NCBI GenBank assembly: GCA_023251095.1
Contig: JAHEZL010000001.1
Span: forward strand, 260,278-324,277
Length of the DNA: 64,000 nucleotides
Reading direction: 5' to 3'
Origin: Flavobacteriales bacterium
GTDB lineage: Bacteria; Bacteroidota; Bacteroidia; Flavobacteriales_C; GCA-002722245
Position numbers and translations under genes: made by a program. Every line of letters starts with the position of its first letter. Within the stretch, counting starts at the first letter, position 1. The notes under the pieces were generated by a model, which searched no databases, was not told where the DNA came from, and saw only the letters and a list, made by a program, of their open reading frames with translations. This document shows positions 28,338 to 37,640 of the stretch, piece after piece.

Positions 28338-28370
28338 AAAGGGCACTGATGATTTATCTGTGCCTTTTTT
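28338..28370 (+). terminator. Weak intrinsic terminator after the 27895-28317 gene
   Basis: Stem GGCAC (28342-28346) pairs with GTGCC (28360-28364), extendable by A:T pairs, with a 13-nt loop, followed by a T7 run. Confidence 0.45.
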
Positions 28371-28396
28371 TATTTTTATAACCTTACAACACGTAG

Positions 28397-31300
28397 ATGA
28401 GCGAAAGAATACTTAGAGCCTTGATGCAATTGTTTGCCTTGATCGCAAAGGTCGACAGTGTGAATCATGATGGACGCTCGGTTGTAAAGGCTTTTTTAAA
28501 GCAACAACTCAGTGTTGATCAGGTTGACAATTACCTTATCCTCTTCGAAGAATACCTTGAAACCCATCAAAAACTTTCAAAAGAAGGAGAAAGAAAAAAG
28601 AAAAGAACTTCCGTTAACTCCGTTAAGGTATTGGTGATCTGTACCGAGATCAATTCAGAATTAACCCAAAATCAAAAAATTGTAGTACTCCTCCGTTTGT
28701 TGGAATTTGTTTATTCCGATAAAGAAATTGGCGAGCAGGAAGTTGAGTTCGTTGAAACAGTAGCTTCCACCTTCAACATCCCTGATCAGGAATTCAGAGA
28801 ATGCATGGAGTTTGTCAAAGTAACCGGCGAAACCATTCCTGATTCCTCCAACTATTTACTGATCGACAACAACAAAGACTCTTCAAAAAGTCAGACAAAA
28901 CATATTTATTCCGAATCTCTCCCCGCTCCCATTCTTATTTTGCAAATACAGAGCATGGGAATGTACGTGGTGCGTTATTTCGGGAATATAGCAATGTACC
29001 TCAATGGTCAGGTGATTGAAGAAAATAGAGTATACTTCTTAACTCACGGATCTTCCCTGAGAAACCAAAAGGTACTGCCGATTTACTATAGTGATATAAC
29101 AAGTGAATTCAGAAACGACGACAGTAAGCAATCTATTCATTTTACTGTTGACAATGTTATTTTTCAGTTCAACTCCAAGCAATATGGCTTACACCATCTC
29201 AATTTAACCGAAGAAAGTGGTCACCTCATTGGTATCATGGGAGCCAGCGGTGCGGGTAAATCCACTTTGCTGAATGTTCTCAACGGAACTACCGCTCCAA
29301 CCAGCGGAAGCGTTAAAATTAACGGAGTTAACATTTATACCGAAAAAGAAAAACTGGAAGGCATCATTGGCTATATCTCTCAGGATGATTTATTACTGGA
29401 AGATTTAACCGTTTTCCAGAATCTGTACTACAACACTAAGCTTTGCTACGATAAATTACCGGATACTGAAGTGATAGAAAAGGTTTTCGACCTTTTGAAA
29501 ACCATTGGTTTGTATGAAATCCGCGACCTCAAAGTCGGAAATCCTTTAAATAAAAAAATAAGCGGCGGACAGCGTAAACGATTGAACATTGCTTTGGAAC
29601 TCATTCGTGAGCCTCAGGTCTTGTTTGTGGATGAACCTACTTCCGGACTTTCTTCCAGAGACTCCGAAAACATCATGGACCTTTTGAAAGAGTTGGCCCT
29701 GAAAGGGAAGCTGGTTTTTGTGGTGATCCATCAACCTTCATCGGATATTTTTAAAATGTTCGACAATCTTTTTATTCTTGACACAGGTGGCTACCCTATT
29801 TACTACGGAAATCCTGTTGATGCGGTAATTTACTTTAAAACAGCCATCAACCACGTTAACTGCAACGAAAGCGAATGCCACGAATGCGGTAATGTTAATC
29901 CCGAACAAATATTCAACATCATTGAAACAAAAGTGGTGGATGAATACGGAAACATCACTCCTATCCGTAAAATATCGGCCAAACAATGGAATGAATATTA
30001 CAAAGAACATCTGGCAGATGTTCAGGCAGAAAAAGTTGCTAAAGAAAGAGATCAGGTAAAAGATGTTCCGGGCGGAGTTTATAAAATTCCTAGTAAAATC
30101 AATCAGTTCAAAGTTTTCTTTATCAGAGATATTCTCTCCAAGCTGGCCAACACGCAATACATGTTGATCAACTTTCTGGAAGCTCCTCTATTGGCCATCA
30201 TCCTGTCGTACATGGTGAAATTTTACAGCACCGAATCAGGACCCGACTCTGAATACGTTTTCCGCTATAACGAAAATCTTACCGCTTATTTATTCATGAG
30301 CGTTGTAGTTGCTTTATTCCTCGGACTAACCGTGAGTGCCGAAGAAATTATCCGCGACCAGAAAATACTGAAAAGAGAAACTTTCCTTAACCTCAGCCGA
30401 TCCAGTTATCTCATCAGTAAAGTCACCATCATGGTGATCATCTCTGCCATTCAAACTTTCACCTATGTAATTATAGGAAATACCATTTTAGATATTCAGG
30501 GCTTAACCACCGATTACTGGATGGTATTGTTTGTGACCAGTTGCTTTGCAAACATGCTCGGACTCAACATTTCAGCGGCTTTTGATTCGGTTGTGACTAT
30601 TTATATTCTCATCCCGATTATTTTGATTCCGCAGTTATTACTGAGCGGCGTGATCGTGAAGTTTGATAAATTAAATCCTACTCTGGCTTCTCAAACAATG
30701 GTGCCAATGGCCGGAGAACTAATGACCTCGCGATGGGCCTTTGAAGCCTTAGCTGTAAATCAGTTCAAAGGAAATGACTACGAAAGAGAATATTATGAAA
30801 TAGACAAGGTGATGAGCCATGCCTCCTACAAAAAAAACTACTGGATTCCTGCGCTTCAAACAAAATTAAACGCTTGTTTAAAAAACATTGATAATCCCGA
30901 AAAAGCGGAAGAAGTAAAAAAAGGCTGGGAATTGGTTTGCAATGAAATTGCTAAGGAAAGTGCTGAATTGGCAAAAGAGAAAAGCTACGACATGGAAACT
31001 CCGCAGTTGCCTGAAAAAGTAACTCCCGAAGCAATCAACAACACCATTTCCTATCTCAACGGACTGAATATTATTTACATCAAAATATACAACGACAACG
31101 GTAAAGTAAAAAACAATATCATCGATTATAAAAACGAGAACAAAGAAGAAAAAGAAGCTTATCTCGCTTTCCGCAATCAATACCAAAATGAAAACCTTTG
31201 TGATCTTTTGAAAAACAATTCCGAAATCAATAAAATCATTGAACACGAAGGTCAGCTCATTCAAAAATCTGATCCGGTATACAGAGAGTCACCAACCTTC

Positions 31301-31486
31301 CGCGCTCATTTCTTTGCTCCGGTAAAACGGGTTTTCGGTATGCCGATAGATACTTTCTGGGCAAATATTTTCACCATTGCTTCGATGGGAGTAATTCTGT
31401 ATGTAACGCTATACTTTGATTTATTCAGAAAATTAATTGAAGGCATAGGAAACATCGCATCGTTGGTTAACAAATCAAAAAAATAA
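28397..31486 (+). CDS. ABCG-type ABC transporter, fused ATPase-permease with an N-terminal TerB-like domain, a possible FHA-like segment and a long C-terminal extension
   Basis: Has Walker A GASGAGKST, signature ISGGQRKRL, Walker B LFVDEPTSGLS and the H-loop VIHQPS. An ABC-2-type TM domain follows. The N-terminal 140 aa resemble TerB-like helical bundles, which is an inference. Confidence 0.85.
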   Translation: MSERILRALMQLFALIAKVDSVNHDGRSVVKAFLKQQLSVDQVDNYLILFEEYLETHQKLSKEGERKKKRTSVNSVKVLVICTEINSELTQNQKIVVLLRLLEFVYSDKEIGEQEVEFVETVASTFNIPDQEFRECMEFVKVTGETIPDSSNYLLIDNNKDSSKSQTKHIYSESLPAPILILQIQSMGMYVVRYFGNIAMYLNGQVIEENRVYFLTHGSSLRNQKVLPIYYSDITSEFRNDDSKQSIHFTVDNVIFQFNSKQYGLHHLNLTEESGHLIGIMGASGAGKSTLLNVLNGTTAPTSGSVKINGVNIYTEKEKLEGIIGYISQDDLLLEDLTVFQNLYYNTKLCYDKLPDTEVIEKVFDLLKTIGLYEIRDLKVGNPLNKKISGGQRKRLNIALELIREPQVLFVDEPTSGLSSRDSENIMDLLKELALKGKLVFVVIHQPSSDIFKMFDNLFILDTGGYPIYYGNPVDAVIYFKTAINHVNCNESECHECGNVNPEQIFNIIETKVVDEYGNITPIRKISAKQWNEYYKEHLADVQAEKVAKERDQVKDVPGGVYKIPSKINQFKVFFIRDILSKLANTQYMLINFLEAPLLAIILSYMVKFYSTESGPDSEYVFRYNENLTAYLFMSVVVALFLGLTVSAEEIIRDQKILKRETFLNLSRSSYLISKVTIMVIISAIQTFTYVIIGNTILDIQGLTTDYWMVLFVTSCFANMLGLNISAAFDSVVTIYILIPIILIPQLLLSGVIVKFDKLNPTLASQTMVPMAGELMTSRWAFEALAVNQFKGNDYEREYYEIDKVMSHASYKKNYWIPALQTKLNACLKNIDNPEKAEEVKKGWELVCNEIAKESAELAKEKSYDMETPQLPEKVTPEAINNTISYLNGLNIIYIKIYNDNGKVKNNIIDYKNENKEEKEAYLAFRNQYQNENLCDLLKNNSEINKIIEHEGQLIQKSDPVYRESPTFRAHFFAPVKRVFGMPIDTFWANIFTIASMGVILYVTLYFDLFRKLIEGIGNIASLVNKSKK

Positions 31487-31549
31487 CATCCCGACTTGAT
31501 TTGTTATCAAAAAAATAATGATCTTTACCCTGTTAAAACGGAAAACACC

Positions 31550-31939
31550 TTGAAAAAAATAAAAGATACGGCAAATGTTCTGAGCATCTCTTCGCTCTAC
31601 GCCATTCTTTTTTTATCGTTTGTTCTCTTTCCAAATCCTGATTCCAAAGCTTCTTTATCGCCTTCAAACGAAATAACTTCTTATGAAGCCACTGCTCACC
31701 AGGAAACTATCAGTCAAAAAACAGATTTTCAAAACATCATCAGTGAAATAGCAGAAATCAGAGAGAATGAAGAAGATGACAAACATGAAGAACTATTTCC
31801 CATTGGATTTATTAGCAACTCTTCTTATTCTTTAGTTTCATTAGTACACCAAAGATTTAAAAACAACACTTCTTATTCCCATACAGATAATCTTTCTGTA
31901 GTTCCGGATTACATATTGTTCTGTACTTACAGAATATAA
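31550..31939 (+). CDS. Hypothetical small membrane-anchored protein (uncertain)
   Basis: A TTG at 31550 gives MKKIKDTANVLSISSLYAILFLSFVLF. A good terminator lies downstream. There are no homology clues and the start is non-ATG. Confidence 0.35.
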   Translation: MKKIKDTANVLSISSLYAILFLSFVLFPNPDSKASLSPSNEITSYEATAHQETISQKTDFQNIISEIAEIRENEEDDKHEELFPIGFISNSSYSLVSLVHQRFKNNTSYSHTDNLSVVPDYILFCTYRI

Positions 31940-31955
31940 CATTACCCATCCTCCG

Positions 31956-31986
31956 AGGCATTTCAAATGAATGCCTTTCTTTTTTT
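31956..31986 (+). terminator. Intrinsic terminator
   Basis: Stem AGGCATT (31956-31962) pairs with AATGCCT (31970-31976), followed by TTTCTTTTTTT. Confidence 0.7.
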
Positions 31987-32025
31987 CAAAAAATTCAAAC
32001 AAGACATTTCATTAACTCATATTGT

Positions 32026-33681
32026 ATGAACACATTTAAAAGCGGCATTCCAAAGGATGGTCTCGAAGGTTTAAAAGAAAGCTGGAGAGGAGATTTACTA
32101 TCCGGATTTATGATTTTTTTATTGGCTCTCCCATTAAGCTTAGGTATCGGTAAAGCAAGTTTACTTCCTAATCCGATTTTCGGCGTAATCACAGCTATTA
32201 TCGGAGGTATGGTGGTATCTCTTTTATCGGGATCACGACTCACTATTAAAGGTCCTGCAGCAGGTTTAATTCCAATTATTTCAGGTTGCATTGGCGCATT
32301 CGGAGGTGGTGAACAAGGATGGCACCTCGCTTTAGGTTGTATTGTGGTAGCTTCTGTTTTGCAAATTGCTTTCGGTTTATTGAAAATGGGAAGTTTAGCC
32401 GACTTTTTCCCCGGCGCTGCAATTCACGGCTTACTTGCTTCCATCGGCGTATTGATCATTGTTAAACAACTGCCTGTTTTATTTGGAGTACCCGGAAGCT
32501 TTTTAAAAGATCCTGCTACCGCTCCTATTGATGCTGCAACAGGATTGGCTGATTTAAGTAAGGCGAAAAATTATGATATTATCGGACTAGTGAAAAATAT
32601 GCCCGACATACTTTCTCATTTTGATAAATCATTGTTGATCATCGGAGTGCTTTCTCTTGTTGTTGTTTTTGGTTTCTCTTTTATCAAAGGTGGTTTCCTG
32701 AAAAAAATCCCCGCTCCTTTGGTCGTGATCATCGCCGCAATTGGTCTCGGTATTGCTTTCGCTGTTCAGGACATTCAGGGTGCATTGGTTAAAACAGGAA
32801 ATATCACAGATATATTGAGCGATGGTTTTATCAATGTTGATTTCTCAGGAATTTCAAGTCATACAGGTGAATTTATCAAATGGGTACTTTTCATTGCATT
32901 GGTAGGTAGTATTGAATCATTGCTTACTGTAAAAGCTATCGACGGAATGGATCCTTGGAAACGTAAATCAGATGCCAATAAAGATTTAACAGCGGTTGGT
33001 ATCGGTAACACCATTACCGGTGCTATTGGCGGTAGCCCTATGATTGCTGAAGTTGTACGTAGTTCGGCCAATGTTGGCTACGGAGCCAGAACGCGTTGGG
33101 CAAACTTCTTCCACGGTGTATTTTTGTTAATTGCTTTGTTGATTGCAGTTCCTGTAATAGAAGTAATTCCTTACTCTGCACTCGCTGCCTTACTTATTTT
33201 TGCAGGTTACCGTTTGGCAAACCCTAAAGAATTCAAACACATGTTTCATATCGGTATCGACCAGTTCATTGTGTTTGTGGTAACAATTATCGTTTGCGCC
33301 GCAGATGATTTATTGATGGGTGTTGCAATAGGTATCGCACTTGAGTTACTGATCAATGTGATCAGAGGAACAAGAATTACCAATTTATTTAAGGCCAATG
33401 CCGATATCAGCTCCAACGGAAACAATGTTACTGTAAAAGTTACCGGTGATGCAGTGTTTTCAAACTACTTAGGTTTAAAGAAAAAAATCTATGCTGTTGA
33501 AAAAGGCAAGCAATTGACTATTGATCTTTCGGATTGTAAGGTCATTGACAACAGTTCAATGCAGTCTTTACACGACTTTAAAATTCAATATGAAAATGAA
33601 GGCGGCAAAGTAATTCTGTCGGGTTTTCATGGCCACGTAGCCAAAGGCCATCACGAAACTTCAACCCGTGTAAAAAAATAA
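32026..33681 (+). CDS. SulP-family anion transporter with C-terminal STAS domain
   Basis: Has a typical SulP N-terminus (DLLSGFMIFLLALPLSLGIG), 10 or more TM segments, and a C-terminal STAS-like region (VTVKVTGDAVFSNYLGLKKKI...IDLSDCKVIDNSS). Confidence 0.9.
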   Translation: MNTFKSGIPKDGLEGLKESWRGDLLSGFMIFLLALPLSLGIGKASLLPNPIFGVITAIIGGMVVSLLSGSRLTIKGPAAGLIPIISGCIGAFGGGEQGWHLALGCIVVASVLQIAFGLLKMGSLADFFPGAAIHGLLASIGVLIIVKQLPVLFGVPGSFLKDPATAPIDAATGLADLSKAKNYDIIGLVKNMPDILSHFDKSLLIIGVLSLVVVFGFSFIKGGFLKKIPAPLVVIIAAIGLGIAFAVQDIQGALVKTGNITDILSDGFINVDFSGISSHTGEFIKWVLFIALVGSIESLLTVKAIDGMDPWKRKSDANKDLTAVGIGNTITGAIGGSPMIAEVVRSSANVGYGARTRWANFFHGVFLLIALLIAVPVIEVIPYSALAALLIFAGYRLANPKEFKHMFHIGIDQFIVFVVTIIVCAADDLLMGVAIGIALELLINVIRGTRITNLFKANADISSNGNNVTVKVTGDAVFSNYLGLKKKIYAVEKGKQLTIDLSDCKVIDNSSMQSLHDFKIQYENEGGKVILSGFHGHVAKGHHETSTRVKK

Positions 33682-33703
33682 TTTAATTTATTATTAATCT
33701 TTT

Positions 33704-33736
33704 GTTGTTCCGGTACGTCTGTACCGGAACAACTTT
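33704..33736 (+). terminator. Strong hairpin (possible terminator/attenuator) between sulP and the porin gene
   Basis: A perfect 13-bp stem, GTTGTTCCGGTAC (33704-33716) paired with GTACCGGAACAAC (33721-33733), with loop GTCT, followed by TTTAAAATATTTT. Confidence 0.55.
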
Positions 33737-33749
33737 AAAATATTTTCCA

Positions 33750-35126
33750 ATGAAAAAAATAATCGCAGGAGTGCTGTTTACAGTGCTTTGCATAAGCACG
33801 CAGGCACAAACAGCAACTACTCCAACTGCCTCGGCCGCCACAACAAGTGCTCAGCCGATACTGAATGATCAATTGAAATTTTCTTTAAACAATGATGGTT
33901 CACACTATATCAAAGCAACTTTTGTAAATCAGGCGTGGATAAGATATACCAATGTTAATCCGGGATCTGCAGTAGACGGAAGAGCCGTAGAAAATTTATT
34001 TGATATAGGATTGCGCAGAACACGTGCTCAGCTTTTCGGACAATTAACCGATCACGTTTTCTTTTACACGCAGTTTGGAATGAACAACTTCAGCTATCTT
34101 TCTTTAAACAAAACCTATGCTGCCTCCTTCTTCCACGACGTAGTGGGTGAATACAAGTTTTCTAAAAAACTTTCATTGGGTTCGGGCTTAACAGGCTGGT
34201 CGGCATTGTCCCGCTACTCCTCACCTTCCATTGCTTCATCACTTACTCTGGATGCACCGCTTTACCAACAAACCACCAATGGAGTTAACGATCAGTTTTT
34301 AAGAAAACTCTCTGTGTACGCCAAAGGTAAATTGGGTAAACTGGATTACCGTGTTGCCGTATCAAAACCTTTTGATGTTTTGAATGCACCAAATGCACCG
34401 GGAGCCATTTCAACTTATCATTCCAACTTTTCTTTGCGTCCTTCGCAACCACAATACGAAGGTTATTTAATGTATCAGTTTTGGGATCAGGAAGACAATA
34501 CCATTCCATACATGACAGGCACTTATCTGGGGACAAAAAATGTATTCAATATCGGCGGAGGTTTTATGTGGCAGCCACAAGCCATGTGGCAATTGGGCAG
34601 CGTAAATAAAGACACCATCACAAATCCTCTGATGTGTTTCAATGTTGATTTGTTTTTAGATCATCCGATCAATGCCGAAAGAGGCGATGCTATTACTCTT
34701 TATGCTTCTTACTCCAATTTAAACTTCGGAAGTAATTACCTTAGAAATTCAGGAGTAATGAATCCTGCCAACTCCGTTATTAAAGCCGAATCTACCTTCA
34801 ATGGCGCAGGAGATGCCTTTACCATGTACGGAACCGGAAATGTATATTACCTACAATTGGGCTACCTCCTTCCGAAAAATACGATACTCAAAGGAGAAAA
34901 CAGATTACAGCCATATGCAGCGGTACAATATGCAGCTTACCAACGCTTAAATATTCCTATGACTATGTTTGAAGCAGGTTTTAATGTTTATTTTCACAAA
35001 GCCAATAAAGTAAGCTTCAACTACCAGCTTCGTCCGGTTTACGTAGGTTCTTATGAAAGCAATGCGCCAATAACCTATTATACCAACAGAGGAATGTTTG
35101 TAGTTCAGTACCAAATTTCAATTTAA
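33750..35126 (+). CDS. Outer-membrane porin-like beta-barrel protein
   Basis: The signal peptide MKKIIAGVLFTVLCISTQAQ starts at the ATG at 33750. Alternating hydrophobic beta-strand patterns run throughout. The assignment is by pattern and context only. Confidence 0.6.
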   Translation: MKKIIAGVLFTVLCISTQAQTATTPTASAATTSAQPILNDQLKFSLNNDGSHYIKATFVNQAWIRYTNVNPGSAVDGRAVENLFDIGLRRTRAQLFGQLTDHVFFYTQFGMNNFSYLSLNKTYAASFFHDVVGEYKFSKKLSLGSGLTGWSALSRYSSPSIASSLTLDAPLYQQTTNGVNDQFLRKLSVYAKGKLGKLDYRVAVSKPFDVLNAPNAPGAISTYHSNFSLRPSQPQYEGYLMYQFWDQEDNTIPYMTGTYLGTKNVFNIGGGFMWQPQAMWQLGSVNKDTITNPLMCFNVDLFLDHPINAERGDAITLYASYSNLNFGSNYLRNSGVMNPANSVIKAESTFNGAGDAFTMYGTGNVYYLQLGYLLPKNTILKGENRLQPYAAVQYAAYQRLNIPMTMFEAGFNVYFHKANKVSFNYQLRPVYVGSYESNAPITYYTNRGMFVVQYQISI

Positions 35127-35130
35127 AATT

Positions 35131-37629
35131 ATGAGCAACTCACATAATTCCCCCTTCGATGAGCAGCATGTGCTTCATGAGCTAAAACACTACTTGCCGG
35201 CACAAGCTCCTCTTAAAGACTTTATTCATCATAATACGCTGCATGCATTTCAAAAAATGAAATTTCATGATGCGCTGCGAACAGCTTCAAAGATGTTCGG
35301 ATATACTGTTAGTCTTACCTTAAATGATTTCCGCAATCTTTACTCTACTCATAAAATAAGAGAAGATGTTTTAGACAAGGTTATCGTTCAAAGACAAGGC
35401 GCTCAGGTACTCAAAGAATGGAAACACAATATACTGTCGAAAAAATACGATACGTCCACCGATCCCCGAATTGGTAAATTAAGAGCCATATGGAAGGACG
35501 TTTATCATATCGATATGGACTCCTTAGTACAACCGCTGTTGTTTCGTACGCTTTGCAGTTATCTCGACCAGGGGATTTCTATTTGGAATTTTCCAACTAA
35601 AGGTGATCTGGGCTTTTTAAAGTCGCTGAAAGAAATGGAAAAAAATACTTTTTCCAGTTTTTTTAAAACACAAAGAGCCCGTAAACTTTTAAAAGAAAGT
35701 GATTGTAAAATTACCGACTTGCTGAAAATACTGGTGGGTGATGAAACACTTTACGAACAATATTTATACGATCAGCAGTTTGCACATCAGGGATGGGCGG
35801 GGATGGTTTCGGCCATTGAAGACCAACCGCAAACCTTGTCGGATCAAAGAAAAATAGCTTTACATGATTTGATTGTTTTCGAACTTCTTTTGGAAATTGA
35901 TGCCCTTGATGAAAAATTCGGGAAAATATGGGCGCCCATCAATACCAAATTAGAAAAGAAACCCGATTCTCTTTTTGGAGCCGTTGCGCCAACGGAACTA
36001 AGTGAAGTTTTTGCGATTTTGCAGGAAGCTTTTGAATGGACTTATTACGACGAAGTGCTCGCAGGAATAAAAATGCAAAAGGTACATGCTGAAGACAATT
36101 CTCCAAAAAGCTTTCAGGCGCTTTTTTGTATTGACGACAGAGAGTGTTCTCTTCGTCGCTATATCGAAAAAAACGACCCCGAGGCGGAAACCTTTGGTAC
36201 TCCCGGATTTTTCAGCGTTGAATTTTTCTATCAACCCGAAGACGGAAAATTTTACACAAAAGTTTGTCCCGCTCCCCTCACGCCAAAGTATTTAATTAAA
36301 GCTGTTGGTGCCGGAGAAAAACGACAAAAAGATGTACACTTTCAGCAACACACACATTCCCTGTTGCGCGGGTGGTTATATTCTCAAACAATCGGATTCT
36401 GGTCGGCTTTTAAATTGATCAGCAATGTTTTCAAACCAACGATAGGTCCTGCCACTGCTTCTTCCATGAAACACATGGATAAAATTTCAAAGCTCACCAT
36501 TGAAAATAAAAATCCCGAAGACAGAGAAAATGATTTGCAGATAGGATTTACTATTGAAGAGATGGCGCAACGTGTGGAAGGTCAGCTCAGAAGTATCGGT
36601 TTAATTAAAAACCACGCACCTATTATTTATGTGATCGGTCATGGTTCCAGCAGCACCAACAATCCTTATTACGCTGCTTACGATTGCGGAGCATGCTCAG
36701 GCCGGCCGGGTTCAGTGAACGCACGCGTGCTTTCCTTCATGGCCAATCATCCTAAAGTAAGAGAAATATTAAAAAGTAAAGGAATAAATCTTCCTGACGA
36801 AACTCAGTTCCTTGGCGGTTTACACGACACCGCCTGTGACGAAATGGCTTTTTACGATGAAGAATTTCTTTCTCCTACAAACAAAGAATTACATCTTCGC
36901 AACAAAGCTGTTTTTGCTAAATCACTCGACAGTGTTGCCAAAGAAAGATCACGAAGATTTGAATCCATTGATACGCATTTGAGTCCGGAAAAAATTCATA
37001 ACAAAGTAAGAGAAAGAGTTGCTTCTCTTTTTGAACCGCGACCGGAATTAAACCACGCAACAAATGCCTTGTGTATCGTTGGCGGCAGAAATTTATCGAA
37101 ACATTTGTTTCTCGACAGACGCGCCTTCATGAACTCTTATGATTACACCACTGATCCTGAAGGAAAATTGTTGTTGGGTATTTTACGTCCGGCAGCTCCT
37201 GTTTGCGGTGGAATCAATCTGGAATATTTTTTCTCCAGAGTCGACAATCAGAAATTAGGCGCAGGAACAAAATTGCCTCACAACGTAATGGGACTGTTTG
37301 GTGTGGCCAATGGAATAGACGGCGATTTGCGTCCGGGTTTACCTGTTCAGATGATTGAGGTACATGATCCTGTTCGTTTACTCACCATTGTAGAACATTT
37401 CCCTGAGGTGGTTTTAAATACGCTGAAAACATCTCCTGAAACTTATGAATGGTTCCTAAATGAATGGGTGAATTTGGTAGTAGTAAATCCTGAAACTCAT
37501 GAGCTTTCGGCTTTTAAAGACGGTGGATTTGTCAGCTACACCCCATTAACAAAAACCATTCAGCCCGGTACCGACCTGATGTCGGTATTTGAAACACAAC
37601 AAGAAAACTTACCGGTTTATTCCATTTAA
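35131..37629 (+). CDS. dabA: DabA (DUF2309) subunit of a DAB-type inorganic carbon pump
   Basis: Has the size (832 aa) and overall pattern of the DUF2309 family. The FCIDDRE and GHGSSSTNNPYYAAYDCGACSG motifs give C-x-D and H-x14-C spacing like beta-carbonic-anhydrase-type zinc ligands. Confidence 0.85.
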   Translation: MSNSHNSPFDEQHVLHELKHYLPAQAPLKDFIHHNTLHAFQKMKFHDALRTASKMFGYTVSLTLNDFRNLYSTHKIREDVLDKVIVQRQGAQVLKEWKHNILSKKYDTSTDPRIGKLRAIWKDVYHIDMDSLVQPLLFRTLCSYLDQGISIWNFPTKGDLGFLKSLKEMEKNTFSSFFKTQRARKLLKESDCKITDLLKILVGDETLYEQYLYDQQFAHQGWAGMVSAIEDQPQTLSDQRKIALHDLIVFELLLEIDALDEKFGKIWAPINTKLEKKPDSLFGAVAPTELSEVFAILQEAFEWTYYDEVLAGIKMQKVHAEDNSPKSFQALFCIDDRECSLRRYIEKNDPEAETFGTPGFFSVEFFYQPEDGKFYTKVCPAPLTPKYLIKAVGAGEKRQKDVHFQQHTHSLLRGWLYSQTIGFWSAFKLISNVFKPTIGPATASSMKHMDKISKLTIENKNPEDRENDLQIGFTIEEMAQRVEGQLRSIGLIKNHAPIIYVIGHGSSSTNNPYYAAYDCGACSGRPGSVNARVLSFMANHPKVREILKSKGINLPDETQFLGGLHDTACDEMAFYDEEFLSPTNKELHLRNKAVFAKSLDSVAKERSRRFESIDTHLSPEKIHNKVRERVASLFEPRPELNHATNALCIVGGRNLSKHLFLDRRAFMNSYDYTTDPEGKLLLGILRPAAPVCGGINLEYFFSRVDNQKLGAGTKLPHNVMGLFGVANGIDGDLRPGLPVQMIEVHDPVRLLTIVEHFPEVVLNTLKTSPETYEWFLNEWVNLVVVNPETHELSAFKDGGFVSYTPLTKTIQPGTDLMSVFETQQENLPVYSI

Positions 37630-37640
37630 TAATATTCAAA

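Noticed and set aside
29738-31264. Long antisense ORFs inside the ABC transporter gene (139 aa and 128 aa). Similar cases are 6110-6571, 15966-16316, 17164-17532 and 46243-47240.
   Set aside because: They lie entirely opposite strongly supported genes with recognisable motifs, have odd composition (F/I/N-rich), and show no independent start or terminator signals. These are typical shadow ORFs.
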